Virus record (IMG/VR): IMGVR_UViG_3300022864_000001
Location: 32,001 to 96,000 of that record
Origin: a virus
Reading direction: 5' to 3' (one strand)
Length of the DNA: 64,000 nucleotides
Shown piece after piece: positions 16,389 through 28,500 of this stretch (position 1 is the first letter of the stretch; every line of letters begins with the position of its first letter). Under the pieces are notes generated by a model. It had not been told where the DNA came from. It saw nothing but the letters and a program-made list of their open reading frames with translations, and did no database searches. A program made the position numbers and the translations under genes.

Positions 16389-16781
16389 TCACTCTTTCAG
16401 CAACGCCAGCACAACCCTCGCGAGTTTCTTCAGAAACTCCTTGGCAGACGCCATGTCAGTCACGCGAGTCTGGATATAAGTATCAAGTTCGGCGTAAGTA
16501 AGCTGTGATAGGTTCGACAAGCTGATTGCGCTCTTGGCGTCCTGATACTGCGATGCGGCTTCACCGATGTCGCTGGTGTCCTGCTCGGCCTCGGCAGCAC
16601 GCATGGCAGCGAGGACTTTCGCTTTGGTAACGTTGCCGGTGATCCATGCTTCGTCGTATTCATACGCCGTTCGGGTTTTGCCGCCGTCGGTGACTTCTAC
16701 TTCGCGGATGTTGTATCGGTATAGTGTCTTGCCACGCGATGCGGCAAGTGTATCAGGGTATGTATCACTCATTGCTTTCAT
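16389..16781 (-). CDS. tail-fibre-associated small protein
   Basis: RYNIREVE..YEYDE pattern of genes that follow tail fibres. Confidence 0.6.
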   Translation of the reverse strand: MKAMSDTYPDTLAASRGKTLYRYNIREVEVTDGGKTRTAYEYDEAWITGNVTKAKVLAAMRAAEAEQDTSDIGEAASQYQDAKSAISLSNLSQLTYAELDTYIQTRVTDMASAKEFLKKLARVVLALLKE

Positions 16782-16806
16782 TATGCTGCCTCCCTAAATT
16801 GTTCAG

Positions 16807-16908
16807 TCACTTGCCCTCACGGGAACTGCATGGTTTTGGATATGACCAGATTTGCCCATCGTTTGTAACAGCATACCGTCCTTCATATCCAGCGATGTCT
16901 TTCATCAT
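16807..16908 (-). pseudogene. NUMOD4 endonuclease remnant
   Basis: MMKDIAGYEGRYAVTNDGQIWSY then TGA; GGAGG RBS. Confidence 0.7.
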
Positions 16909-16919
16909 TCCATTGCCTC

Positions 16920-18710
16920 CTACATAGCTAACCGGCCGCCGAAGTGCGCGGACACATACGCAGCAGCAGTATGCAGAGCCCAACAGAACCCGCCAGCAGC
17001 CGCGCCATCATGCGCAACCCCGCCCAACAGGGCCACCCGCCAAGCAGCAGCTTGGTAGTAATAGTCGGTAATTTTGGTCGTCGAAGTCCCAGTCACGCCT
17101 GCTGGCAAGAAGCCTTCGCTGATTTGCTCTAACGCGCCCTGATAGCCATTGACGTTGTGGAGCGTCACGCCAGGGGCGTCGTAGTTTGCAGCAGTATCGT
17201 CAGCGAAATCCGTGTCGGTGTTACAGAAATACGGGATATTGTTGTTGATGTTGAATCCGTCAACGAACTTCCAAATATGCCCATACCAGTTCTCGATGCC
17301 GCGGTAGCTCATGTACGAGCCAACAGTGGCGTCACCACCACTCGTATTGGCCGTCACGTTTCCATCTGAATTGCTGTTCCCCGTCGTCTCAATCGGATTG
17401 TAATTGCTCCACGCGGCCCAAGAAGCACTAACCCAGTCTGTCAACCCGTTGCCAATCATGCTCTGCGAGTAGAAGTCAGCATACTCCACGAGGTACAGTA
17501 GTTGAATGGCTGAAGCTAGATAGAAGTCGAACTGTCGCCACCCCGTGCCGCGGGTGTCAGCAACAGCACGAAAATTAGCTCGCGTGCCGTAGTTCATGGG
17601 GGCTTTGCCCGAAACGGAACCCAACACATCTCCGGTAGTTGCCGTCCAATCCCGTTGAACCTGGATTACACACTGGTCATTTGCCTGTGTTCCCGCCAGT
17701 GAGCCAGTTTGTAGGGTAATGACTGTATCGGTCACACTCTTAATATCATACGTGCCATCGTTCACCGTGCTACCACTAACCACTATTTTGTCAACTGTGG
17801 CCACCAAGTTGCTGAACGCGTGAGTGTTGGCATCGGATGTAATCGTATCGTCAGCCACCCCGTTGTCTGCAAAGGAAATCGTGTAAACGGCGCTGGAAAC
17901 CAAGTAAAGCCCATTTACATATTTACTTTCGGACGTGTCATATAGCACACCCTCATATGCACCGACGTAACGAAAGTCCACTTCTGCGCCGTTCTTGGTG
18001 AATGCTGGATGTACCACGTAGCCCGGTCTTTCGTGGTAAGAGATGTCCCAAGTATGTACGTTGGCAACCCAACTGTACTTGTAATAGAACTTGGGTATCT
18101 CCACCATTACTTGACCATCCGTGCCGGTTAGGTCTGACGCCGCGCCATTCTCTTTCAGCGTCGAGTCTGTCGCATTGAGGTAGTACTGCACGACACCGGC
18201 ATCGCTAATCACACAGCGACGCATGGCCGCCTGAATAGGCAATACTCCATCGCCTGGCGAACTAGCCAATGCCAATCCAGCCAGCGACCCTCGTCTCGTG
18301 TAAGCATCGGTGCTCTCGTTCCAACTCAGCCCCTGCCATTCGGAATACTGGTCAACGTAGTCTTTCGTAACCGCATCACTGGCATGGGTTGGTAGGGCCG
18401 GAAGACGTATGTTCTTGCTGACACTGAACGCGTCTTCGCTCTCGTCCCATTTCAATAGTGGCGCACCCGCTACATTGACTGTAATCAGATCCGCATCAGC
18501 GTCTCCCGCCGCCCCAATGTCTATGCCTGTAGTGTTTAGCAATATACTAAGAGCATTGGCGGTGATGGCCTTGTGTGTGTAATCGGCGTTGTGCTCGACG
18601 AAGAGGCCGGTGTCTAAGGCGTCCCAATCGTCATTCCAAGTCGTATGCCAATCGAGGTCACCCCCCGAAGGTTTGTCCCAGTTATAATTGGCGGTAGGTA
18701 CTGAGGCCAT
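16920..18710 (-). CDS. tail fibre/receptor-binding protein with C-terminal CLec (Mtd-like, DGR-target-type) domain
   Basis: GQVMVEIPKFY, HPAF, YVGAYEG, LYLVEYA, YRGIENWYG, RVALLGG..G..AG.F..FGGRL end. Confidence 0.8.
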   Translation of the reverse strand: MASVPTANYNWDKPSGGDLDWHTTWNDDWDALDTGLFVEHNADYTHKAITANALSILLNTTGIDIGAAGDADADLITVNVAGAPLLKWDESEDAFSVSKNIRLPALPTHASDAVTKDYVDQYSEWQGLSWNESTDAYTRRGSLAGLALASSPGDGVLPIQAAMRRCVISDAGVVQYYLNATDSTLKENGAASDLTGTDGQVMVEIPKFYYKYSWVANVHTWDISYHERPGYVVHPAFTKNGAEVDFRYVGAYEGVLYDTSESKYVNGLYLVSSAVYTISFADNGVADDTITSDANTHAFSNLVATVDKIVVSGSTVNDGTYDIKSVTDTVITLQTGSLAGTQANDQCVIQVQRDWTATTGDVLGSVSGKAPMNYGTRANFRAVADTRGTGWRQFDFYLASAIQLLYLVEYADFYSQSMIGNGLTDWVSASWAAWSNYNPIETTGNSNSDGNVTANTSGGDATVGSYMSYRGIENWYGHIWKFVDGFNINNNIPYFCNTDTDFADDTAANYDAPGVTLHNVNGYQGALEQISEGFLPAGVTGTSTTKITDYYYQAAAWRVALLGGVAHDGAAAGGFCWALHTAAAYVSAHFGGRLAM

Positions 18711-18743
18711 AATTTGTCCCCCTACTTAAGTGACATGCCCGAT

Positions 18744-18772
18744 TTGACAAGCATTGAGTGTTGTGCTATAAT
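18744..18772 (+). promoter_or_regulatory. sigma70-type promoter (moron)
   Basis: Perfect TTGACA-17-TATAAT with TG. Confidence 0.85.
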
Positions 18773-18822
18773 AAAGCCGTGAAAGATGAAGTGCCGAAAA
18801 CTGCACAGGAGATAATGTCGTT

Positions 18823-19176
18823 ATGAACTTGCCGCCCCTCATTGTAATAGTTACCATCGCATTTCTAGCACTTGCTACAATGTGCCCCGTTGACGGCTGG
18901 GGCTATACCTATGCTTGGCCGTCCCGATCCGCAGCCGTGAACATCCACGTGCTCTGCCCGCCCAATTACGACTGCGCGATAGTCATGGGGACAGAGTTGC
19001 GCCAAACCTATGTGGAATATAAAGTTTCCGATGAATGGCAAGAACAGAGATTCCACTTTGACCGGTGCATTGATGGCAAATGCACGCGCACGTTCTGCTT
19101 TGGCTGGCGCGGGCTTCTCTGCATATTCCATTGGCCCGAATACCAGTGGGCGTATATGCCACTTGTGTTGAACTGA
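18823..19176 (+). CDS. secreted Cys-rich moron protein
   Basis: Signal peptide, 7 Cys, C-terminal YMPLVLN; antisense to the late operon with its own promoter. Confidence 0.65.
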   Translation: MNLPPLIVIVTIAFLALATMCPVDGWGYTYAWPSRSAAVNIHVLCPPNYDCAIVMGTELRQTYVEYKVSDEWQEQRFHFDRCIDGKCTRTFCFGWRGLLCIFHWPEYQWAYMPLVLN

Positions 19177-19237
19177 AGCATTCATCCTGCCCAATCCCTC
19201 TATACCCCAACCAAAGTTTCCCGCCAGGAGGCTGAGA

Positions 19238-19495
19238 TTATGCCATTCCCTCTTGCTCAAGCGCTTTCTGCTTAGTCCAGTTGTCTATTTCTAATAGCGC
19301 CTGTACAATATCGTTAGGTATGTCGGGAATAGCAACGGTCTCAACGACACGGCTACCCGCTACCCCGACGAGCTCGTTGCCAAGTTCGTCAAGGAATACG
19401 TAGCGTCTCTCTATCTGCAAATCATTGCTCCTGCGCATGATTGTGAGCTTGCCAAGCCCCAGGTCGTGTGCCGTCCATGATTTTGGTGTAGTCAT
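19238..19495 (-). CDS. hypothetical tail-region protein
   Basis: GAGG RBS, position after the tail protein. Confidence 0.6.
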   Translation of the reverse strand: MTTPKSWTAHDLGLGKLTIMRRSNDLQIERRYVFLDELGNELVGVAGSRVVETVAIPDIPNDIVQALLEIDNWTKQKALEQEGMA

Positions 19496-19504
19496 CTTAT
19501 ATCC

Positions 19505-22486
19505 TCATTTCGCAGCAAATACTCGAATATATCCGGTATTCCCACCAACTTCTACTTCAATCCAATCTTGTTCCGTGGCCGCTGCTGATCCAGCGTCTAC
19601 GAATTCCAAGTTCTCGGTAGTCATGTTCCATTCCGTAAGGCTGTTAGGACCGGCAGCCCCGATGCCGAGCTTGCCAGTACTCGTGTTGCCATACAGTAAA
19701 TCCCCAATGTTGAGGTAATTGGAGGTATCTGCTGCTGGTGTGTCTAAGCTGTCGCCGATGAGGATATTCGATGAGCCAGTAGCCAAAGTGACAGCGCCAG
19801 TGAGGCTACCAATTAGTATGTTGTTGTCTCCGGTAGTTATCTCAAGGCCAGTTCCCGCGCCAAGCAGCGTGTTCTCCGTTCCCTCAGTTATCTTCCAGCC
19901 ACTTATATGCCCGACAGCAGTATTGCCGGTGCCAGTAGTCACTGCATACAATGCATAACGGCCGACTGCCACCAGATTGCCCGCTGTGGTCAGTCCAGCC
20001 GCGCCTGTACCCGCATAGGCCCCAAAGAGCGCGTTGCTTTGGCCAGTGGTGTAGCGTCCTGCCCAGTAACCAACTGCCGTGTTGAGATGGCCCGCTACCA
20101 CCCTAGAGAGGGCACTATCACCGACGCCGATGTTGAAACCCCCCGTGGTAACTGCGCCCAGACTATTAGCCCCAATCCCGATATTGTAGGTTCCAGAGCT
20201 TACCGAGTCCAGGGCGTGAAAGCCCACTGCAACGTTGTTATCTCCAGTCATGCCGCCTGCATCGCCGTACAATGCGGACACGCCCAGGGCGACGCAGGAG
20301 TCTGCTGTCGTTAGATAGTAGCCCGCCTTGAACCCCATTAGGACATTCTGCAGGCCCGTTGTCAAGGAGTAACCAGCGTTGGTCCCCGCGGCTATGTTTT
20401 GATGGCCCGTTGTCACTGCGTAGAGGGCCTGATAGCCCAGCCCTACGTTCCCATCGCCGGCCATCCCCCCCGCATCGCCATATATAGCTTGATAACCGAC
20501 GCTGACATTGTAATCGCCAGTCGTAATGTTATAACCCGCATCAGTCCCGAATAGCGTGTTATACGTCCCTGTGCTAAGATTGTCTCCGGCATCAGCTCCT
20601 ATAAGAGCATTGCTGCTTGCCCCACCAACCTCCATAATTTTGGTGGCCCCGTCAAACATTTCGATGTTGGTAGCAGACAACTTTATGTATTTATCAGATT
20701 GGTCTCCAAGGTAAACGACACTGCCTATAAATTGGCCGCGCACGACATCGCCGCTGTCCAGGAAGCGTATGCCATTCGTGGAGTCAATGGTCATATAGTC
20801 ATCTACGCTGTACTGTCCTAAACCTACACCAAACGTAGACCCTGTATAGCCGTAGTGCCCATTGAGGTCGCCCATCGCGGCCATCTCCAGGCCACCCTGG
20901 ACTATGATAAGTTTACCTGCTGGTGGAGTCTTGGTAGTATCCAGCCCCAGAATAACCCCCGTGGCGCTTCCATAGGACGGATTCCAGCTAAACCCGCTTG
21001 GCAAGTCTGCTGCTACTATGAGCGTGCCACCATATATTGCACTGGCTTCCTCTACGCCCACATTTCCGCCAGGGGGTAGTCCTACGACGGCGTTGTCATG
21101 CCACCCTGCGCCGCCCGATATTCCCCCTGTTCCCGCATCGCCGCGGGTCATGTCTCGCAATAACTCACCGAGGCTTGGTTGGAACTCAGCAAACGTAACA
21201 GAATGTTCTACCCCCCGCCTGCTGGGGCGTGTAGTGACTGTCTGTGTTACATAAGTATCGCCGCCACATCCTCCATATCCACATCCGCCAACGCCAGCGC
21301 CCCTGTCTGCGTCTAGCCCTATAGCTGTGCATGTTATCCCCAACGCCTCGCCAGAACCCAGGCCGTAGCGTTCTACGTTGACCCTGCCAGTGCGCCTGCG
21401 TATGGAATGTTCAGATAGATACGCATCGCCGTAAGCCTCGGCTTCCTCTACCGTGCTAATATCGCGATTGACTACGACGCGTGTTATTACTCGCCCGTAG
21501 TATGTCTGGCTGTTAACAGCATTGCGTGTGACAGCAACGGGTTGCCGATAAGTGTACTTGACGACGATGTTATTGACACCAACGGCAGGAGGGTCAGCAG
21601 CATCCCACCGGACTCTACCGCGATGGTAGTTGACCAATACGTCTACATCAGTGAATGTGTAGATAACGAAGTCTGTAGCCCATGTCTGGTGTGCGCCACC
21701 TACAGTGATGTTTACGATACTGCCAACGCCCGGATTGCTCAGGAAGAACTCTGCCTCTGCACCGTCGCCGCTGAAGGTGTCTGTCTGTATAGCTGAATCA
21801 CCTTGACCGCCACGGACGATGACGCGATTAACCAAGCCCTCTCCATCGTCTTCGATGCTCAGCGTGTCTTCTTGTGGCAGATACGACGTAGCCCAGTCAG
21901 GAGCATCGGTGTCTATCTCATACGCTGCCGAATCAGGTGTCGTGCCCTGCCAGTAATGCAGGTCCTTTGAGTAGTCAACGCGCCACTGGCTCCGAGTGCG
22001 TTTTGCTATTTGCTGTACTGCATCGTACAGCGTGATGTTGTCGAATACGAATGAGTGTACGCCTACGCTTGCCGTGACATTGACGGTTGTGATCTCGCCC
22101 AGATAGGTAGTGAATAAATCGTCTAGTACGGCCTCGTCAGTCTGGTCGGTGTAGTCCGAGTCAACCACTACCGTCTTTAAGAGTACCCCATAGTCCTGGC
22201 AGTATAGTGTTGCTCGTTGCTGCGAGATGCTTTTAGCGGCTTGGCGTTTCAGGCGCGTGCAGTATCCAGCAAACGCGCGTGTTGCGCCCTCGTCGACCAC
22301 GACCACTTCCTGCCACAAGTCTACCCGTGGCATCGTGCCGTCAGCGTCCTCTAGGACGAAATCCGCGACGTCGATTTCATGTGTTAGGGCACTCGTCATC
22401 TTTAATGAGTCGTGGACGAGATATGAAGAAACGTCATTCCCGCCAACGCTGATTCCAAAAACGTGCGCACTGTCAAGCACGGTCAT
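19505..22486 (-). CDS. tail hub/tip protein fused to a beta-helical repeat fibre
   Basis: Follows the tape measure; N-terminal hub-like region (WRVDY..LHY, NRVIVRG); about 14-aa NxAxGxxA repeats. Confidence 0.75.
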   Translation of the reverse strand: MTVLDSAHVFGISVGGNDVSSYLVHDSLKMTSALTHEIDVADFVLEDADGTMPRVDLWQEVVVVDEGATRAFAGYCTRLKRQAAKSISQQRATLYCQDYGVLLKTVVVDSDYTDQTDEAVLDDLFTTYLGEITTVNVTASVGVHSFVFDNITLYDAVQQIAKRTRSQWRVDYSKDLHYWQGTTPDSAAYEIDTDAPDWATSYLPQEDTLSIEDDGEGLVNRVIVRGGQGDSAIQTDTFSGDGAEAEFFLSNPGVGSIVNITVGGAHQTWATDFVIYTFTDVDVLVNYHRGRVRWDAADPPAVGVNNIVVKYTYRQPVAVTRNAVNSQTYYGRVITRVVVNRDISTVEEAEAYGDAYLSEHSIRRRTGRVNVERYGLGSGEALGITCTAIGLDADRGAGVGGCGYGGCGGDTYVTQTVTTRPSRRGVEHSVTFAEFQPSLGELLRDMTRGDAGTGGISGGAGWHDNAVVGLPPGGNVGVEEASAIYGGTLIVAADLPSGFSWNPSYGSATGVILGLDTTKTPPAGKLIIVQGGLEMAAMGDLNGHYGYTGSTFGVGLGQYSVDDYMTIDSTNGIRFLDSGDVVRGQFIGSVVYLGDQSDKYIKLSATNIEMFDGATKIMEVGGASSNALIGADAGDNLSTGTYNTLFGTDAGYNITTGDYNVSVGYQAIYGDAGGMAGDGNVGLGYQALYAVTTGHQNIAAGTNAGYSLTTGLQNVLMGFKAGYYLTTADSCVALGVSALYGDAGGMTGDNNVAVGFHALDSVSSGTYNIGIGANSLGAVTTGGFNIGVGDSALSRVVAGHLNTAVGYWAGRYTTGQSNALFGAYAGTGAAGLTTAGNLVAVGRYALYAVTTGTGNTAVGHISGWKITEGTENTLLGAGTGLEITTGDNNILIGSLTGAVTLATGSSNILIGDSLDTPAADTSNYLNIGDLLYGNTSTGKLGIGAAGPNSLTEWNMTTENLEFVDAGSAAATEQDWIEVEVGGNTGYIRVFAAK

Positions 22487-22507
22487 TGACAAACCCCTGT
22501 TATCATG

Positions 22508-25500
22508 CTACGAAATACCTGTCGTCCGTCGTATTTCGCGCCACAGCTCCTGCGCGAGAAGCGAAACATCTCTGTCATCCCTGATGGTCGTCCCGTTGAG
22601 GTTGATGGTAACGTTGGGGACAGATGCCATCCCCCCCAGCGCCTCACTCTCTCCAATGCCCAACGTGGGCGGCAGGCCAAAGCCGGGTAATCTGCCCAGC
22701 CCCGCTATGCCGTGGTTGAATGCTGCTGTAGTATTGGCCATGTAATCTTCAACCCACTTTTCGTCGGGCAGCTCAGAGAATGGCCCCCACTCGGCAGGCG
22801 ATGAGGGGAACAGTCCTGCTAGGGCTGCAATCTGCGCCTCGACTAGCCCAAGCCCCGCTGCTAGTCCACTTGCCAGTTTGTCCATGTAGTTATAACCAGG
22901 GTCCCACCAGGTGCTAGTGGCAGGCAAGTTTGAGACGCTTACTGCTGGTATTACAAAGTTGCTCATCATAGCCGCAATGCCTTGGTAATAATCTACAGCG
23001 CCAAACTTCAATCCGCCAGCCATGGCAGAGGCCAGCGCAAAACCCCAAGTATACCACTCATTCCACGCCACCGTCTTTGATGGCTGCACCTCTGTTTTAG
23101 TATCGCTCACTGCTGTTGTAACGTTTCCGAGATATTGGCCTATGCCAAGGGCCAGATTATCAGTATATCGTGCCCCTCGGTATTTCCAATCGTAATGGTC
23201 TACCAGGACACCCCCACCTGTATGCGGCACTGTTAATTTAGTGTTAACGACACCAACTGCTGTTGAGACAGTAGTCGCTGAGCCTGATAGCCCCCCCGCC
23301 AAAGCAATGCCGTAGCCGGCCCCAGCATCTGTCCATCCCTTCGTAGCGGGAAGAGCAGTTAAACCTCCGCCAATAGCGATGCCCACATCCGTTACAGCAG
23401 TATCTATATCTGTGTCCGCATCTCCCAACCCGTCTGCAAGCGCCTGGAACAATTGCAAGATGAGATCAAGATATTCGTCGAGCGTCTCGGTAGATGGCAA
23501 GTCGGCGTCTGTTAGTGCCGTCAAAAAACCCAGCGCGGCGGTAAGCCCCGTTACCATGGTCCCGATCTTCTCAGTAAACCATGTCACTGTGTTTACAGTA
23601 TCAGGGCCGAGGTCATCGACAATCCAGTTGTTCATTGTCGTGATAATGAAGCCAATGGCGTCTGTGAAGTGGCTGACCTTCTTCTCGAACCATATAGGGG
23701 GTGTGTCGCCCTCAAACTCTGGTAACGTGGCATCAGCCAGCTTGCCAATGACGGTCAGTCCTGCCGACAGTGCCGTGAATAGGTTGGTCATCACACCACT
23801 GAATGTATCGGTAATGGTGACTTCTTTTGCGTCAAGCCCTTGGGCAAACGTATGCATATCGCCAAATATGAGATTGACTTGGCGTATGAAGAACCTGATC
23901 TTCCCATCGGTTGGGCTAAACAGGCCGCCAATACCACTTACCAGCAAAAGGGCTTCGTTGAGGCCAGTCATCAGTGCCCCTAGCGTGGTGCCAAAAGACG
24001 TAGTGAGCAGTAATCCCTCTGCCGAGAAGTTGGCGCCCGCACCTACGTATTCGCCCGTGCCCGTGAGCCACTGGTAGAAATGGTTGAAGATGTCTTCTAC
24101 GTCTTCTATGAAGTCGTCTACGAAGGTATCAAGTGGGCTGGCGTAGTAGCCCAAGTTTTTGAATATGTCCATTGCCGCGGACAGCCCGCCAAAGATGGCG
24201 CTTAGCGCAGTGCCCCACGCTATTACAGAGTCAAACTGGCTGGCTTCTTCCTCGGTCTGCGGATAGGTTGTCGTAATGTGGGTATAGAGTTTGTCAAATA
24301 CACCCGTGGCCCACGTTGTAAATTCGGTCCATGCCTTGTCGGGGTCTACAAAGGTAGCAACATCGGCGGCAAGCGAGAGCGCCCCGCTCAGGCCAGACAT
24401 GATGCTGCCCAGGGCACTACCCCAGGCATTGACGAGGTCTAGCCCATCCTTCGTATAGACGTGTTGCCCATCGTCTGTTACGTGTTCTTCTGTGACCCAC
24501 AGGTAGACAATGTCGAATATGTCCGTAACCCAGGTAAAGAATGAGGACCAGATGGTATCGCTGGGTGCCGCCCAATCTTCGGACAGCGCGAACTCGGCGG
24601 CGGCTTGTATGCCTTGCACAAGCGCGGATAGTGCGTCACCAAACGCGCCGACCAGGGCCATCTCTTTATCTGTCCATTCAGTTCCCGCAAGCCAAAAATA
24701 AAATGAGTTGAAGACAAAAGTGACCCAATTGAAGAACTCAGACCAGACTTCATCGCCAGGGGCTACCCAACCTGCGGCCAGTGTAAAGTCGGCAGCAGCC
24801 TGCAAGCCCTGTACGAGCGAAGACAGCGCATTGCCCCATGCTTCGACTAGGGCAAACTCTGTTGCATCCCAGCCCCTAATCTCTAACCAGCCCTTGATTT
24901 TGCCGAGAAGTAACCAGACCCACTTGTAGAACGGGTCCCATATATCGGCGGCGGGCGCTGTCCAATCTTCTGCCAGCGTGAAATCAGCAGCGGCCTGTAA
25001 TCCCTGTATGAGCGAAGATAGCGCGTCACCAAATGTGCCGACCAAATTGAGTTGTTCCTCTGTCCAGCCCTGGCCCGTTAAGTACCCCAGGACTTTGCCG
25101 AAGAGCAATATAACCCACTTGTAGAATGGATCCCACACATCAGCGGCGGGGGCTGCCCAGTCTTCTGATAGCACAAAGTCAGCAGCGGCCTGTAAGCCCT
25201 GCATGAGTGAAGACAATGCGCCTGCAAATGCGCCGACTAAATCAATCTGGTCTTTCGTCCACTCACTCCCGTCTAGCCAGCCGTAAAAGTCTGCGAAGAC
25301 CTCTTTGACCCACGCAACCAATTTGTCCCATGCGTCTTCTGGCGGCTTCGTCCAGTCGGCGCGTAATTCAAATTCCGCGACTGTAGTCAGTCCCTCCATT
25401 AGTCTAGACAATGCGCCTGCAAATGCGCCGACTAAATCAATCTGGTCTTTCGTCCACTCACTCCCGTCTAGCCAGCTGTAAAAGTCTGCGAAGACCTCTT

Positions 25501-28500
25501 TGACCCACGCAACCAATTTGTCCCATGCTTCTTCAGGTGGTGGCATCCAGTCGGCGCTTAAGTTGAATTCTGCAGCCACCGCCAAGCCCTTCATCAGGTT
25601 TACAAGTGCTTCAGCAAACGCGCCAACAAGTTCTACTTCCTCTAGCGTGTAATCTGTTTCAAGCCAATCGTAGAACTCTTCAAAGACCTCCTGTACCCAC
25701 TCTACAAAGTCATCCCATATATCTCCCCCTGGCAATGTGGCACTCCAGTCCTGAAGCACATCAGCAGCCTCAGCCAAGCCGCTCATCAAGCTACCAAGCG
25801 CATTCCCAAACGCCTCTACAATCTCCAGAACCGCGTCTTCTAGGTTTGCCCCTTTGCCTTCCCACTCGCCACGCCCGGCTATCCAGTCGTACAGTTTCAG
25901 GAACATATCTTGTACAGCGGTCATAAAGGCGTCAAGCGCTGTATCAGCAGGGGCGCTAAAGTCTTCTAGGCCCGTCAACACCTTCATTGCTTTGTCCAGG
26001 GCTTCGGCAATGGCCTCTAGTGTCTGGGCAAACTTGCGCACCTCATCGTCCAGTAGATATTCCGTGTCTTTGCGCAAAGCATCGAACTCTTCAATGATTT
26101 GCTTCCATGCTTTGCGGAAGGCGACCATTTGCTCTTGAACGTCGTAGACGAGCTTCCATGCTTTCATCTCAGTGAGCAGTTTCATGCCCTTGCTTACTAC
26201 ATCAATAAGGGTGTCTAGATTTTCGGCAAAAGCCACAGCGTCAGCAAGCAACGCTTTGTCTATTTGCCGCGCTGCCATACCCAATTCCCTGGCTACGGTT
26301 GTCAAGCGCATAGACATGGCGCGGGCTTGTTGCTGAATCAATGGGCCTGGTATCCACTTTCCAAGCGCCACGAGTCCCTCTATGCCTGACTTCAGGAGGC
26401 CAACAATGCTTTCCAATCTCTCCGCGAACTCTTTAGCATTTTCAACAGCTTCTGCGGGGATGGTCTTGGCGGCGTTCTTCAATTCGCGCGCCACCGTGGT
26501 AAGACGCATAGCAAGTGCGTGGGCCTGTGGCGCAATGGCCCCCTCGCCACGGACACCAAGTTCCCATTCGCCCAATTTGATTACCAAATCCAGCGCAGGC
26601 TTGATGCTCTTAACTATAGCCCCCACTCTTGAGGCAAACTCTTGGGCGTTTTTGACCGCTTCTGTTGGAATCGTCGTGGCGGCATTCTTTAGTTCGCGGG
26701 CAACTGTAACAATGCGCATAGCAAGCGCGTGTACTTTGTCCTCTATGCGCTTGCCAACCGTCCACAGCCCAAGTGCCGACACGCCATCTACCGCTGATTT
26801 TATAAAACCGATTATTGTTCCTGCGCGTTTGGCGAACGCCTCGGCATTTTTGACTGCTTCTTCAGGAATGGTCTTAGCAGCAAAGTTTAACTCGCGAGCA
26901 ACTGTAACAATGCGGTTGGCAAGCGAAGCTATCTTGTCAATGATTCTTTCGCCAACTTCCCATTCGCCAATGGAGACAAAGGCCTTAATCGCATTGCTGA
27001 TAAGTGAGAATACTGTCCCCATAGCAGAGCCAAATTGCTTGATTGCGTCATATTTATCTTTGTCAAAGCCCAACTCGCCCAGCTTGGCAACCATACTGCC
27101 AACGCTTGTAACAATGAGTACAATTTGCTCTTTGAGACGACCCCATCCCTCAGCAACGTCGGGCATTGGCACGGCATATTCAGCCAGTTCCTCAAACGCC
27201 TTCGACGCCTTCTCTACCATTGAGGCTAGTTTGCTTACCGTGTCAGCAGCAGCTTTGATGGGATCGGCTAGTTTGGCAGTACTGGTAGCGCCCTCGCGTG
27301 CCGAGCGCCCCATGTCGTCAATGCCATCTGTGAGGTCGTCTGCAACTTCTTGGCCTGCACCGAACTCGTCCCAGACGCCGTTTATGGCCTCGCGCGCGCC
27401 GTCTGTTAGGTTGTCAATCTCGGACAGCGCTGCATCCGTTGCGCCCTCAATTGAAGCTATTATCTTCCTGATCTTTGCCTCTGCAAGGTTGTCTGGCATG
27501 CCACCAGCTATTAGCGCCCGCATCATGTCGTTCAAGAACGCGTTCAGATGGTCTTTGTATGCCGTCATGCTGATCTTCAGCGTTTCCATGACGAACTTAT
27601 AGCGTTCTGTAGCCGATGCCCCCTCAAGCACCATGCGGGTATCCTGCTCAGCTATCCAGAGCGCCATCTTCTGTTTGGTCTGTTCTCTGAGCTGGTTGCG
27701 TTCTATGGTATAAAGACCCTGTGTATGCCCAATCTTAACGCCCCAGAAGTTCTTGAGTGCAACATCTTGGTCAGCGTAGTTCTTGTCCAATATAGCCAGG
27801 CGGTCTATTGCGCCTTGGCTCACTTCGCCCGTGGCTTGGTTCGTTCCCCAGGCGATTATCTTGCCGCGTTCTTCTTCGTAGGATTGTAGCGAGCTCGCCA
27901 AATCCTCTTGCAATCCTACTTGTAGTTCAGCAATGGCAATCGCTTCTTCATCCGCCAGCGTCTGGCGTTCGTCTCTAGCTCCCAGGAGAATATTGTTATA
28001 TTCTTCTTGCGCCGCAGCTAGAACCTTATTCATTTCTATATGGGCTTCTGCTATCTCTTGACTGGTCTCTTCCGTCGCGACAGCATACCCCCTGGTAGAT
28101 AGGCCAAGTTCTTCCATGGTGTCCATTACTTCTTGGCTTACTATTACCACGTCTTCTCTTAGTTTGTACCATGCCTTACTAGCTTTGACGCCTAGCTCGT
28201 GGTCAAGCGTAAAGCTGAGTTCAAATACTTTATCTCTAAGCCACGGTACGCGCTCAATGAGCAGGTCTAGATTCTTTTGATACTCCTTCGCTGAATGCGT
28301 GGCGCGATCCAGCCCGCCTGTCATATCCTCCGTTATATCGTAGGCTTTTCTCGCCGCGGCATCGTATAGTTCCCATTTCGTCATAAGGCCAGCGACCAGC
28401 GGGGTTAACCTCCCCGTTGATACTGCCAACGCGCGGAAGAGGGGGTCAGCCTCAGCCAACAATCGCATTCGCTCGTCAAGTTCTTGCGGGGTTTCGCCGA

